From Vulcanimicrobiota bacterium (GTDB lineage Bacteria; Vulcanimicrobiota; Xenobia; Xenobiales; JADMJV01), in NCBI GenBank assembly GCA_050250895.1, contig JBFWNU010000004.1, positions 160,001 through 224,000 of the forward strand: a stretch of 64,000 nt of DNA, written 5' to 3'. The notes under the pieces were generated by a model. It had not been told where the DNA came from and searched no databases. It saw nothing but the letters and a program-made list of their open reading frames with translations. Made by a program: the position numbers and the translations under genes. Shown piece after piece: positions 41,668 through 51,887 of this stretch. Positions within the stretch are counted from its first letter, which is position 1; every line of letters starts with the position of its first letter.

Positions 41668-43317
41668 ATGGACATCGCGATGCTCTTGGACTGGAAGCTG
41701 GCGATGATCACCGCGCTGGCCGGGGTGGTCTCGCTGCTGACCACTCTCAATGTGGCCGCCCGACCGGCGGCAGTCCGCACCGGGCAGGTAGCCACCGCTT
41801 TTACGGTGGCTCAGCTCTTTTTCATGGTGACGCGGTTTGCTAACCTTTTCTACCTGCCGCTGATGGCCCGCTTCGTCGATGAAGCCACCCGCACCGGCCA
41901 GACCTCGCAACTGTATGGCCAGATTCAGTGGGTGGTGGTGGGCGCCGCCGTGGGGGCGCTGGTCTCGTGGCTGCTGTTGCCAACCTTCGTCGAGATCTAT
42001 TGCGTCGCCGTGGGCAGCATCACCCATCGCGGCATGCTCAGGGCCTTGCTGCGAATGGTGCGACCGGCCTCCTGGCTCAAGTTGCTGCGGTCGTTCCGAA
42101 GGCCCTCCAATCTGGGCTGCCGGCTCTTCAAACTCGACGGGGTGCCGGCCGACTTCTTACTGTTCAATGTGGCCGCCACGGCTGTCTGGACGGTGGGGGC
42201 CCTGGCGGCCGTCTACGTCAGCGCCGTCATCCCCCAGTACAAGACCACGGCCGTGCTGTTGTCGGGTCTGGTCAACGCCTTCGCGGCCATCGCCTTCACC
42301 ATCTGGGTCGACCCCAAAGCGGCCCTCATCACCGACCAGGCTACTCACGGCAAGCGCCCCGAGAGCGATGTCAACCTGACGGCCGTCCACCTGTCGGCCG
42401 GCAACTTCCTGGGAGCGTTACTGGGGCTGGCCGTGTTGCCGCTGGGCGTCTCTTTGATCCGCTCGGCCACGCTGGTGGTCGGGGCCGAAGGCGAGAGCCT
42501 GGCGGGTGGCCTGTGGATCGTGGTGGCCCTCAACGCTCTCTTTGCCCTGCTGGCCTCGACCACCTATTCGGCCCGCATCACGGCGGTGGCCACCCGACGA
42601 GTGGCCACCGCGCTGGCGGTCTACAACCTGTTCTTCCTCATCACCCGCCTGGCCGGTCAGGTCTACGCTCCCATGCTGGGAGCCATGAGCGACTACGTGG
42701 TCCACTCCGACCGAATGTCTCTGTCGGATCTGGCCGAGATGTTTCGCTGGATCCTGGCGGGCGCCAGCACCGGCGCCCTGTTGGGCTGGCTGCTGATGCC
42801 GACCTTTGTCGAGATCTATAACCGGGCCGTCTACAAGCTCGACCAGCTTGGTTCGCTGCCGGCCGTCTTCTTGAAGCTGGCCAATCCGGCCAATTGGGGA
42901 ACGGTCCTGCGGTGTCTGCGGGCGCCTTCTCTGTTTGGAATGCGGGCGGCCGAGCTCAAACTGATCCCACGTGGCTTTCTGATCGGCAACGTGATCGTGC
43001 TCTCGATTCATACCGTGGGCGTGATGGCGGCCATCTATGCCGGCGCCATGGTCAACGACGAGCTGGCTCGCACGGCCACTCTCCTATCTTCAGTGGTCAA
43101 CGGCATCGCCACCATCATGCTGAGCGTGGTGGTCGATCCCACTACCGCCACCATCGTCGACCGCTCCATCCGCGAAGAGGCCGAACGCCCGGTCTACGTG
43201 ATGGCGGTGATGTTGATGGCGGGCATGTTCCTGGGCACCCTGCTCAGCCAGGTGCTGCTCGAGCCCGCCGCGCATTTCATCGTTTTCGGGGCCCGCACCC
43301 TGGACGCTATCTTCTAA
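41668..43317 (+). CDS. amj: Amj (DUF2837) lipid II flippase-like protein, tandem duplicated
   Basis: Two halves, each with R...V.T..VA.A, PTFVEIY, S..VN..A......VDP. Confidence 0.75.
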   Translation: MDIAMLLDWKLAMITALAGVVSLLTTLNVAARPAAVRTGQVATAFTVAQLFFMVTRFANLFYLPLMARFVDEATRTGQTSQLYGQIQWVVVGAAVGALVSWLLLPTFVEIYCVAVGSITHRGMLRALLRMVRPASWLKLLRSFRRPSNLGCRLFKLDGVPADFLLFNVAATAVWTVGALAAVYVSAVIPQYKTTAVLLSGLVNAFAAIAFTIWVDPKAALITDQATHGKRPESDVNLTAVHLSAGNFLGALLGLAVLPLGVSLIRSATLVVGAEGESLAGGLWIVVALNALFALLASTTYSARITAVATRRVATALAVYNLFFLITRLAGQVYAPMLGAMSDYVVHSDRMSLSDLAEMFRWILAGASTGALLGWLLMPTFVEIYNRAVYKLDQLGSLPAVFLKLANPANWGTVLRCLRAPSLFGMRAAELKLIPRGFLIGNVIVLSIHTVGVMAAIYAGAMVNDELARTATLLSSVVNGIATIMLSVVVDPTTATIVDRSIREEAERPVYVMAVMLMAGMFLGTLLSQVLLEPAAHFIVFGARTLDAIF

Positions 43318-43367
43318 AGGTCTTGCCCGGCCGGCCAAGAAGTTAACCCAGCCGAACAGGGGGATGC

Positions 43368-45209
43368 ATGCCAACAGAACTCCCGCCGGAAATGACTTCA
43401 CCCGGCCGCTACATCGAAAAAGTCAGTCTCTCGGGCGAGGTCCTCGAAGAGGATATCAAGCCTGAGCATCTGCTCGTGCGCAAGCATCGCGACTATCACG
43501 TGGTCGATGTCTACGCCCGCCATCTGATGAGTCGTTTCGTCGAGGCGACCGGCGATGAAGAGCAGGTCAAGAAGACCATGAAAGAGGCCCGCAAGCTGGG
43601 CATGAAGGCCTCGAAGTTCCTGGCCAAGGCGCTGGGTTCTGACCCCGAGAAAATCTCGCGCAAGCTCTTTGGCCTGAAAAGCCGCGAGTATTACTTTCGC
43701 TACAAGAAGCATCCCCACACCAAGGCCGAGATCGACGCCAGTCTGGCTCGCCTGCGCGAAGAGGCCCATCAGGCCCTCGAGGCCTGCCGCGACGGCGATC
43801 GTTTGCGTCTGCGGGTGTTATTGACCGGCGGCACGGGCTTTGTGGGCAAAGAGATCCTGTGGCAGGCGGCCCTTGACCCGAACATCGAGAAGGTCTACGT
43901 GCTGATTCGGCCCAAGACCATCCGGGACCGCAAGACCAAAGAGGTCCTCGAAATCCACACCCCTGCCATGCGGGGGCGCGAGCTGCTGCGCACCCTGTTA
44001 CTCGAGGAAACCGACAAGTTCCACTTTCTGGCCGGGGATATCGAAGAGCCGCGCCTGGGCGTCAGCGACGATGACTATCAGATGCTGGCGGGCCAACTCA
44101 CCCACGTCATCCACTGCGCGGCCAGCGTGGCCTTCGACGACCCTTATGAAGAATCGTTCGCGGCCAATGTGCTGGGCAGCCTCAACGCCCTCGAGTTCTC
44201 GATGGGCCTGCAAGAGGCCCAGGCCAGCCCGTTCGTGGCCCATCTCTCCATCGAGACCTCCTACATTCACGGTCGTCAGGTGCACGAGCCGGCCCGCGAA
44301 GACGAAATCGTCTTTCCGCGCAACTTCTACAACAACTATTATGAATTGACCAAGGCCATGGCCTCGCTCGAGACCGAGCGCTTCATGCTAGAAAAAGGTC
44401 TCAGGGTGGTTCAGTTGTGCCCGGCCATCGTCATCGGCGACGCCCGCTACGGCAATAACCGGGGCGACCTCAAAGTGGTCAACGCTCCGGTCAATGCCTT
44501 CGGACGAGCCCGCGAGAACCTCAAGGACAGTCGGGGCGATTGGCTCGAATTCTCGAAGGCCTGGATGCTCTACCGTATGGCGGCGCTTTTTCCAGGGGAC
44601 GCCTCGGCCGAGCTCAATCTGATTCCGGTCGACTGGGTGGCCCGCGGCATCCTGGCCGCGACCGCCCGCGCCCAGGCGGTGGGTGAACGTATCCACCTGG
44701 CCACCGACAATCGCATCACCGCCGAGATGATTCAGCAGGTGGTTGGGGAAGAACTCAAGGTCGACGTCAAGCTTGCCGACCCCACTCTGCATCGGACCGT
44801 CCAACTGCCCATCATCGCCAAGGTGCTGGCCGGTCTCAAACAAAAGCGTCTGGCCGGAGCTCTGCAAAAGCTGGGCAGCATCTTCGGCGGCTATAGCGAG
44901 TGGGGCCAACCGGTCCACCTGGTGGGCAACGATGTGACCATTCTGGGTCTGCCCGAGCCTCGCCCCAACACCGAGCAGGTTTTTCGCATGCTGTGCCGCC
45001 ATAACAAGTATGTGCAACGCTTCGGCATCATCAAAGACCCTGAAGAAATCGCCCGCCGCGAAAAGGTGTGGACCGAGTTTATCGAGCGGCTCGAAGAAGA
45101 GAAGGGCGTGGCCGTTGGGGCCCTGCCCACGGCCGAGTTCCATGAGGCCCTCTATGGCACCCTCGACACCGACAAGTTCGACTTCAAGACCTCGGTGGGC
45201 CAGCAGTGA
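43368..45209 (+). CDS. fatty acyl-CoA reductase (extended SDR, NAD_binding_4)
   Basis: LTGGTGFVG, IHCAASVAFD, YELTK. Confidence 0.8.
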   Translation: MPTELPPEMTSPGRYIEKVSLSGEVLEEDIKPEHLLVRKHRDYHVVDVYARHLMSRFVEATGDEEQVKKTMKEARKLGMKASKFLAKALGSDPEKISRKLFGLKSREYYFRYKKHPHTKAEIDASLARLREEAHQALEACRDGDRLRLRVLLTGGTGFVGKEILWQAALDPNIEKVYVLIRPKTIRDRKTKEVLEIHTPAMRGRELLRTLLLEETDKFHFLAGDIEEPRLGVSDDDYQMLAGQLTHVIHCAASVAFDDPYEESFAANVLGSLNALEFSMGLQEAQASPFVAHLSIETSYIHGRQVHEPAREDEIVFPRNFYNNYYELTKAMASLETERFMLEKGLRVVQLCPAIVIGDARYGNNRGDLKVVNAPVNAFGRARENLKDSRGDWLEFSKAWMLYRMAALFPGDASAELNLIPVDWVARGILAATARAQAVGERIHLATDNRITAEMIQQVVGEELKVDVKLADPTLHRTVQLPIIAKVLAGLKQKRLAGALQKLGSIFGGYSEWGQPVHLVGNDVTILGLPEPRPNTEQVFRMLCRHNKYVQRFGIIKDPEEIARREKVWTEFIERLEEEKGVAVGALPTAEFHEALYGTLDTDKFDFKTSVGQQ

Positions 45210-46582
45210 TGCCCACCAAGCCTCTGCCCCTTTCCAACGCCGACGCCGCCTGGCTCAACATGGAGCGGCGCAGCAACCTCATGATGATCACGGGGCTGTT
45301 TTTGTTCGAGCAGCCCGTCGACTTCGACCGCCTGCGCCAGACCCTCGAGACCCGACTGCTGGCCTTCGACCGCTTTCGCCAACGAGCCAACACCGAGACG
45401 GTGGGCCGCCCTCGCTGGGTCGACGATCCTGACATCGACCTCGACTTTCACGTCTTGCGCGCCTACCTGCGCGAACCAGACGAAGAGGATTGTCTGCTAG
45501 AACTGGTGGGCACCTTGATGGCCGAACGGCTCGATCGGGACCGCCCCCTGTGGCAGTTTCACCTGGTCGACTATCGCGGGGGTTCGGCCCTGATCGCCCG
45601 CCTGCACCACGCCATCGCCGATGGTATCGCCCTGATGAAGGTCTTGCTAGGATTGACCGACTCCGACCCCGAGGCTCCCTGGCCGTCGAGCGAAGACCTG
45701 CCGGCCGTGGTCGAGGGCAAGAAGCCGCGCAAGAGCGGTCTGGGCCGGGCTTTTCGTCGCACCGCTCGCTGGTTGAACAAAGGCAACCTGGGTATCCGCT
45801 CGGGCGAGGTCTTCGATCTGGCCAAAAAACATGTCGAGGTGGCCGCCGACCTGGGCTGGATGCTGCTGCGGGGGGTCGAGCCGAACACTCCCTTCAAGGG
45901 CAAACTGGGCCGCAAGAAGTTGGCGGCCGTGTCCAAGCCTCTGTGTCTGGAGCGGGTCAAGTCGGTGCGCCAGTTCTTCGAAGCCACCGTCAACGACGTG
46001 CTGCTGGCCGCGCTGACCGGCGGCCTGCGCAACTATCTGCTGGCCCACGACCATCCCCTGGATGAGGAGGCCTCGGTGCGGGTGGTGGTTCCCGTCGACC
46101 TGCGGGGGCCGCGCCAGGCCGAAGAGTTGGGCAACCAGTTCGGGCTGGTTTTCATGGCGCTGCCGGTAGGATTGGCCGAGCCCCGCGAGCGGCTCGAAGA
46201 GGTCAAGCGCCGCATGGGAGAGATCAAGAGTTCGCCTCAAGCCGTTTTCGTCTTCGGGCTGCTCAACGCCGTGGGGGTCATCCCCGCCGAGCTAGAAAAG
46301 CGAGTCATCGAGCTGTTTGGCTCGAAGGCCTCGGGGGTGGTCACCAACGTGCCCGGTCCCCAACAGCCGCTCTATCTGGCCGGCCAGAAGATCGACAGTC
46401 TGATGTTCTGGGTACCCAAGTCGGGCCGGCTGGGGTTGGGCGTGAGCATTCTCAGCTACAACCTGCAGGTGCGAGTCGGGGTGGCCACCGATGCCCGCTT
46501 GATCCCCGATCCCGGGGACCTGGTGGCCGGCTTTCACCATGCCTTCGAAGAGCTGGCAGCTCTGGCCGAGGTCAAATCATGA
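45206..46582 (+). CDS. wax ester synthase/DGAT
   Basis: HHAIADG, RDRPLW, TVNDV, GN, TNVPGP. Confidence 0.92.
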   Translation: MMPTKPLPLSNADAAWLNMERRSNLMMITGLFLFEQPVDFDRLRQTLETRLLAFDRFRQRANTETVGRPRWVDDPDIDLDFHVLRAYLREPDEEDCLLELVGTLMAERLDRDRPLWQFHLVDYRGGSALIARLHHAIADGIALMKVLLGLTDSDPEAPWPSSEDLPAVVEGKKPRKSGLGRAFRRTARWLNKGNLGIRSGEVFDLAKKHVEVAADLGWMLLRGVEPNTPFKGKLGRKKLAAVSKPLCLERVKSVRQFFEATVNDVLLAALTGGLRNYLLAHDHPLDEEASVRVVVPVDLRGPRQAEELGNQFGLVFMALPVGLAEPRERLEEVKRRMGEIKSSPQAVFVFGLLNAVGVIPAELEKRVIELFGSKASGVVTNVPGPQQPLYLAGQKIDSLMFWVPKSGRLGLGVSILSYNLQVRVGVATDARLIPDPGDLVAGFHHAFEELAALAEVKS

Positions 46583-47052
46583 CCGGGACGTGTCCTGCCT
46601 GCGAAACGAATAGCCTGACCGCCCTCACCGACCCCACCACCGGACTCGAGATCGACTCCTGCGCCGATTGCCACGGTCTGTGGTTTGACGGCAACGAGCT
46701 GAGCCAGCTTTTTCCCAGTCGCACCTTGCATCATCGCTTGACCAGTGGCGAGGCCTCGCTTCCACCCTCGCAAGACGAGCAACAGCGACCCTGCCCCCGC
46801 TGCCGCCAGGCCATGGAGAAGACCGCCGTCGCGGACCTTTCGCTGGACGTCTGTCGCCTTTGCCAGGGCATCTGGTTCGACCGCGGCGAGTTGAGCGCGC
46901 TCTTGGACAAGGTCAAGAACGGCCTGCGGGGCGACCCGCTGGTGGTCAACCAGGTCACCCTCGGCCTGGCCCTCGAGAGCATGGCCACCCTCCACGCCGA
47001 ACAACGAGACCATCTCAAGGCGATCTGTCAATTCCTGGCGGTCTATGACTAA
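46579..47052 (+). CDS. tandem zf-TFIIB zinc-ribbon protein
   Basis: 2x CPxC...DxCxxCxGxWFDxxEL. Confidence 0.85.
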   Translation: MTGTCPACETNSLTALTDPTTGLEIDSCADCHGLWFDGNELSQLFPSRTLHHRLTSGEASLPPSQDEQQRPCPRCRQAMEKTAVADLSLDVCRLCQGIWFDRGELSALLDKVKNGLRGDPLVVNQVTLGLALESMATLHAEQRDHLKAICQFLAVYD

Positions 47053-47788
47053 AAAGTGGGTGTGGTTGATCGGTGGCTTCTTCGTGGGGGTGCCGCTACT
47101 GATTGCCGTGATGCTTTGGCTCAACGCCCGCGAGCAAGAGAAGCTGGCCGATTATCTCGATTTGCCTCTAACCGGTCCGGTGACTGGCGAAGTCAGGGTC
47201 GAGGCCAAGCCAGCTGCTGACCAGCCCGTGATCGAGTCGCGAGACCGGCAGATGAAATGTCTGGCCTACCACCTGCGCGTGCTGGTCGTGACCGAGCGTG
47301 AGGATTCAGACGGAGACGCCCACGAGTATCGCTCGGTGGTGTTTGAAGAGACCCAGGGGGTCGACCCTCTGGTCCTCGACTGCCACGAGAAGAAGCTCTT
47401 TCTGAGCCTCAACGACTGGACCGAACACCATCGGGCCTATCTCCGCAGCGCCGAACAAGACCCGCCCTATCTCGACACCGAGCAACTGCCCGAGCCCGAC
47501 GGCGAATTCCTGCGCTACGAAATCGAAGAATACCCTATCGCGCCCGACGAGACCCTCTTTCTGGCCGCCGAGGCCAAGCCTGGCGAGGCCGGCTTCGAGC
47601 TGCGCCCCAGCGTCAGTGCCGGGCAACTGGTGCTTTATCCCGGGGGTCAGGCGGCCTGCGTCTCGTCGTATCGCAGCCGAGCAGGCTTCAACCGGGTGGG
47701 CGCTTTCGTCCTGTTGTGCTTCTCGCTGTTAGCCTTCGTGGTGGTGGTGGTCTTAGCGCAAAAGGCCCCCCAACAAGCAGAGGACTAG
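47045..47788 (+). CDS. membrane protein (GIDE-like topology, N- and C-terminal TM)
   Basis: TM ends, EREDSDGD loop; overlaps upstream stop. Confidence 0.6.
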   Translation: MTKKWVWLIGGFFVGVPLLIAVMLWLNAREQEKLADYLDLPLTGPVTGEVRVEAKPAADQPVIESRDRQMKCLAYHLRVLVVTEREDSDGDAHEYRSVVFEETQGVDPLVLDCHEKKLFLSLNDWTEHHRAYLRSAEQDPPYLDTEQLPEPDGEFLRYEIEEYPIAPDETLFLAAEAKPGEAGFELRPSVSAGQLVLYPGGQAACVSSYRSRAGFNRVGAFVLLCFSLLAFVVVVVLAQKAPQQAED

Positions 47789-48444
47789 ACCCGTCCCGAG
47801 GCGTCGGGGATCGGCACGAAGTCCGTGGCGTAGCCCAGGGCGTCAGGATGGAGGATGGTCTCGACCTTGCCCGGCATGTCGTCGACCTGCTTGGTCTTGA
47901 CCAGGCCCAGGCGCTCGATCCGCTCATAGTCGGCCCGTTCGAAGGCCACCGCCGTCATGGTCGGACGACCCGGGACCCGGCCGGTCTTGCGGTGGGCAAA
48001 CAGCTCGGCGGTCTCGAGCGAGGCGCTGGTGAAGAGGCGGCCGTGGGGCAAGTGGTCATCGTCGAGGCGGGCCTGACCGCTCGACGAGCCGTGGTAAAAG
48101 ACCTCGTGATCCTTAGCCCAGCCCTCGCCGAGCGCTCCGGTGAGGGTGTCACGGGCCATCTCGCGACAAAAGGTCGCTGGCTCTTCCATGAAAAGGGTGC
48201 CGTTGACCCCCAGCGAGAGGCCTGCTGGCAAGCTGGTCTCGGGGGCCGGACCGGCAGGCTTAGGAGGCTGAGGCTGCTCTATCCGCTCGGGCTCGGACGG
48301 TAAAACCGGTTGGCGCCACTCGACCACGTCGTCGGGGGCGCGAGGGGGCTCGAGCTTGGGCACCTTGGCGTCAACGGGCGGCCCGGCCACGCGGGCGGGC
48401 GCCGGGCGCAACGACGAAACGGGATTCTGGCCAGGAATCTCCAT
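47785..48444 (-). CDS. putative ADP-ribosyltransferase-fold protein with Pro-rich N-terminus
   Basis: FYHGS...LFTSASLETAELFA...VETIL resembles H-x-E ART strands. Confidence 0.5.
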   Translation of the reverse strand: MEIPGQNPVSSLRPAPARVAGPPVDAKVPKLEPPRAPDDVVEWRQPVLPSEPERIEQPQPPKPAGPAPETSLPAGLSLGVNGTLFMEEPATFCREMARDTLTGALGEGWAKDHEVFYHGSSSGQARLDDDHLPHGRLFTSASLETAELFAHRKTGRVPGRPTMTAVAFERADYERIERLGLVKTKQVDDMPGKVETILHPDALGYATDFVPIPDASGRV

Positions 48445-48480
48445 CCTTCATGATTCTAGCCGCGGCAGCGCCCATCCTGG

Positions 48481-48529
48481 TTAACATCCGGGCAGCGAGC
48501 TTTAACATCGGCAACAGTCTCCTAACATC
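48481..48529 (+). promoter_or_regulatory. three YTAACATC direct repeats, 20-21 bp period
   Basis: Copies at 48481, 48502, 48522 in a divergent intergenic region. Confidence 0.55.
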
Positions 48530-48592
48530 TCAGAGGCTAACTTGGGCCAGCCTGGACTGGATGCTAGCTGTAGACAGACTAAGGAGCAACCG

Positions 48593-49123
48593 ATGCACAT
48601 CGCCAAGACCCCTAACTTTCACGCCGCCCCCGCCCCGCCCCGCCAGGGACCGGTCGACACCCCTCCCGCCGATTCCGGGCCTCCCCAGGAGTCGGTTATT
48701 CTCAAAGGCGCCAGGGCCGCCGCCAAGTATACGCTGGGCAGCCTCGGAGCCGTGGCTGGAGGGGCCGTTGGCGCCCTCAAAGGCGCGGTCCAGGGCGGAG
48801 CCACCGACAAACTCAGCGAGACCACCGAATCGGGTCGCCTGACCAAACTGGCCCGGCTGGCCGGGGCGGCCGTCGGCCTCGGACTGGGCGCCGCCGCTGG
48901 TGTAGTCCTGGCCCCGGCCGGCGTGATCGGCCTGGCGGTAGCTGCCCCCATCGCCCTGGGCTTGCTGGGAGCAGGCATCGGCGGAAGCACTCCCGAGATC
49001 CTCTCGCGGGCGGCCAAATCTGGCGTCGAGGCCGGCAAAGAAGCGACGTCCGGGGCTGTGGCCGGCTGGAATCTGGCCACCTCGCCCTTTAAAGAGGACC
49101 CACCGAAGGGACAGAAGGCTTGA
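48593..49123 (+). CDS. glycine-zipper protein with Pro-rich leader
   Basis: AAGGAG RBS; repeated GAVAGG/GAAVGLG. Confidence 0.75.
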   Translation: MHIAKTPNFHAAPAPPRQGPVDTPPADSGPPQESVILKGARAAAKYTLGSLGAVAGGAVGALKGAVQGGATDKLSETTESGRLTKLARLAGAAVGLGLGAAAGVVLAPAGVIGLAVAAPIALGLLGAGIGGSTPEILSRAAKSGVEAGKEATSGAVAGWNLATSPFKEDPPKGQKA

Positions 49124-49151
49124 ACCACCGGGTCTTCGAAAGAAGACCCTG

Positions 49152-49814
49152 GTGCGAGAAACCCTTGAAGACCGCCAGTTCAAGCAAGTCGTGCTGGAGC
49201 ATTCCCGCTGGTTGACAAGCCAGGGTCACCAGGGGCGTCGAGCCCAGCTGGCTCCCTTCTTTGCCTACGCGCCCCAACTGCTGGCCATCGAGATTGCCGA
49301 AATGGAACTGGTCGACAGCCGCCTGCCACTGGCCGATCTTCGCTATGCTCGCGTCATCGACTCGCAGCTGATCGGGGTCGACCTTTTCCGTTGCCAGGCC
49401 TATCAATCTTGCTTTAGTCGCTCGAACCTGACCCGAGCCAGGCTCGAAGGAGCTAACCTGACCGAGACCATCGCCCGCCGCACCGTCTTCGACCAGGCCA
49501 ATCTGGTCCGGGCGGTGCTCAGCCGGGCCGACCTGTTGCAGGCCAGTCTGCGAGGGGCCGAGTTGCGCGACGCCTTTCTGGCCGGGGCCAACCTGAGCCA
49601 GTGCGACTTCAGCCAGGCTGACTTGCGAGGGGCTGACTTTACTGGCGCCAACCTGCAACAGGCCGATCTGACCGGGGCCGATCTGCGCGGGGCGATTCTA
49701 TGGGACGCCGAGCTAAGAGGGGCGAGCCTGCGAAAAGCCGACCTCCGCGGTACCCACGTAGCCAAGCGTCAGCTAGAAGACGTAGCCACTCTGCAGGCGG
49801 CCCGATTCGAATGA
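49152..49814 (+). CDS. pentapeptide repeat protein
   Basis: A(D/N)LxG repeats. Confidence 0.9.
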   Translation: MRETLEDRQFKQVVLEHSRWLTSQGHQGRRAQLAPFFAYAPQLLAIEIAEMELVDSRLPLADLRYARVIDSQLIGVDLFRCQAYQSCFSRSNLTRARLEGANLTETIARRTVFDQANLVRAVLSRADLLQASLRGAELRDAFLAGANLSQCDFSQADLRGADFTGANLQQADLTGADLRGAILWDAELRGASLRKADLRGTHVAKRQLEDVATLQAARFE

Positions 49815-50608
49815 AACCAAGCTTCCTCTACGGTACCGCCTGGAAAGAAGAGGCCACCTGCGAGCTGGTGCTCCAGGCTCTTGAGGCCGGCTTTCGAGCC
49901 ATCGATACAGCCAACCAGCGCAAGCACTATCACGAGGCCGCCGTGGGTCAAGCCCTGGCCCAGGCCGGCCTGGCCCGCGACGAGCTGTTTCTCCAGACCA
50001 AGTTCACCCACCAACGCGGCCAGGATCACCGCCTGCCCTATGACCCCGGAGCCCCCATCGCCACCCAGGTTCGCCAGTCTTTTGAAAGCTCGCTTGAGCA
50101 TCTGGGGGTCGAGCGCATCGACTCTTACCTCTTGCACGGGCCCACCTATCGGGAAGGTCTGGCCGCGCAGGATATCGAGGCGTGGGAAGCCATGCAACAG
50201 CTGCTTTCCGAAGGACGGGTGAGCTGCCTGGGGGTGAGCAACGTCAGCCCTGCGCAACTCGACGAGTTCTGCCGGCGAGGACCGGTCACCTATGTCCAAA
50301 ATCGTTGCTTCGCCGTTTTGGGATGGGACCGCGAGACCCGCCGGGTGGCCGCTCACCACCAGGTCACCTATCAGGGCTTTTCGCTCCTGACCGCCAACCC
50401 TCGAGAACTGGCCAGTCGACCCTTCGAACAGTTGCTAGACGAAACGGACCTGACCGCCGCGCAGCTGGTCTTTCGCTTCGCCCTCGAACTGGGAATGGTC
50501 CCCCTGACCGGCACCACCGACCCCGACCACATGGCCGAGGATCTGGCCGCCCTGTCCTTTTCGCTCTCGGCTGACCAGGTTCAGCGCCTGGAACGGATTT
50601 CGGGGTAA
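49811..50608 (+). CDS. aldo/keto reductase
   Basis: GFRAIDTA, LQTKF, DSYLLHGP, LGVSN. Confidence 0.9.
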   Translation: MKPSFLYGTAWKEEATCELVLQALEAGFRAIDTANQRKHYHEAAVGQALAQAGLARDELFLQTKFTHQRGQDHRLPYDPGAPIATQVRQSFESSLEHLGVERIDSYLLHGPTYREGLAAQDIEAWEAMQQLLSEGRVSCLGVSNVSPAQLDEFCRRGPVTYVQNRCFAVLGWDRETRRVAAHHQVTYQGFSLLTANPRELASRPFEQLLDETDLTAAQLVFRFALELGMVPLTGTTDPDHMAEDLAALSFSLSADQVQRLERISG

Positions 50609-50714
50609 CAAAAGTCACCGACACCTCCTCGGGTCTGGTCTAGACTGAGAAGGTGCCGATGATGGAATGGATCAAGCGCCTGAGCCAGGCCCTCGATGAT
50701 TGGATTTTCGAGCC

Positions 50715-51887
50715 CTATTTGCCGGCCGGCTTAGCCGTGGCCGGACCCAAATACTCGACCTCGAAGAACAGCGTCGAGTAAGGCGGGATGGTGGGCGGAC
50801 GCCCGTTGGGACCGTAGGCCAGGTTATAAGGAATGGTCAGATGCCGAATCTCGCCGGGCTTCATGCCGACCACACCTTCATCCCAACCCTTGATCACGCT
50901 ACCCTGGCCCAACACGAACTCGAAGGGCTCGCGCTTGCGGCTCGAGTCGAACTGCTGCTTACCGTCAAACCCGTCGAGCCAGCCCGAGTAGTGGACCCGG
51001 ACCTTCTCGCCCGTCTTGGCCGGCTCGCCCGAGCCTTCTTTGATGGTCTTGCTTTCGAGCTTGCCCTCTTCGACTTTGCCCAGCATCTCGATCTGGAAGT
51101 AAAGGGTCGAATAGGGAGGGATCTTATTGTGCTCTTCGCCGCCATAGGCCAGGAAGTGAGGCACGGTAATGCGCTTGACTTCACCCTTTTTCATGCCTTC
51201 GATGGCCATCTCCCAGCCCGGAATCACCTGATTTCCACCGACGGTCATCACGAAAGGAGCCCGACCTTTGCTCGAGTCGAACTCTTTGCCGCTCTCGAAC
51301 TTGTCGAGCCAGCCGGTGTACTCGACCTTGACCACATCGCCTTTGGTGGCCGACCAATCGCCGCTGCCTTTCTTGACGATCTCTTGCTTGAGCGGCTGGG
51401 GCTCGAACACTTTCTCGACTTTGGCCTCCATATAGAAAGGCTGGTTGGGCTTGAGGGGAGCGCCGGCGGGAATGGTCCCGAACAGGTCCTTGGCGGTCAT
51501 CGAGCCACGTCGGACCCCGCCCTCCTTCATCCCTTCGCACAGGCGGGCGATTCCCGGGAGCGGAGTTTGGGCCGGCGCCACCACGAGTTTGAGCTCGCCT
51601 TTGCCCCAGGGCGTGCCTTCGTAGCGGTCGCCCCAGACCTTGATCGAAGCCTCGAAGGCCCCTTCTTTGTCGACAGCTTTACCCTCGCCCTTTTTCACGT
51701 CCTCGGACGAGAACTCGATACCCGGGCCGTCGGCCGCTGCCCCGGGCGTGGCCGCTCCGGGGGTCGGAGTGACCGCCGGGTCCGTGCCCGAGGCCGACTC
51801 GCCGTTGCAGCCCGCCATCACCAGCAGGGCCACCAGAAAGGCCCCCAGCCAGAGGGGGGCTCGCTCGCGTAGAAACATAGAAAACAT
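50715..51887 (-). CDS. multi-domain FKBP peptidyl-prolyl isomerase lipoprotein
   Basis: MAGC lipobox; two full FKBP domains (FDSS, VI.GW, LAYG, IPPYSTL.F) plus one degenerate. Confidence 0.9.
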   Translation of the reverse strand: MFSMFLRERAPLWLGAFLVALLVMAGCNGESASGTDPAVTPTPGAATPGAAADGPGIEFSSEDVKKGEGKAVDKEGAFEASIKVWGDRYEGTPWGKGELKLVVAPAQTPLPGIARLCEGMKEGGVRRGSMTAKDLFGTIPAGAPLKPNQPFYMEAKVEKVFEPQPLKQEIVKKGSGDWSATKGDVVKVEYTGWLDKFESGKEFDSSKGRAPFVMTVGGNQVIPGWEMAIEGMKKGEVKRITVPHFLAYGGEEHNKIPPYSTLYFQIEMLGKVEEGKLESKTIKEGSGEPAKTGEKVRVHYSGWLDGFDGKQQFDSSRKREPFEFVLGQGSVIKGWDEGVVGMKPGEIRHLTIPYNLAYGPNGRPPTIPPYSTLFFEVEYLGPATAKPAGK

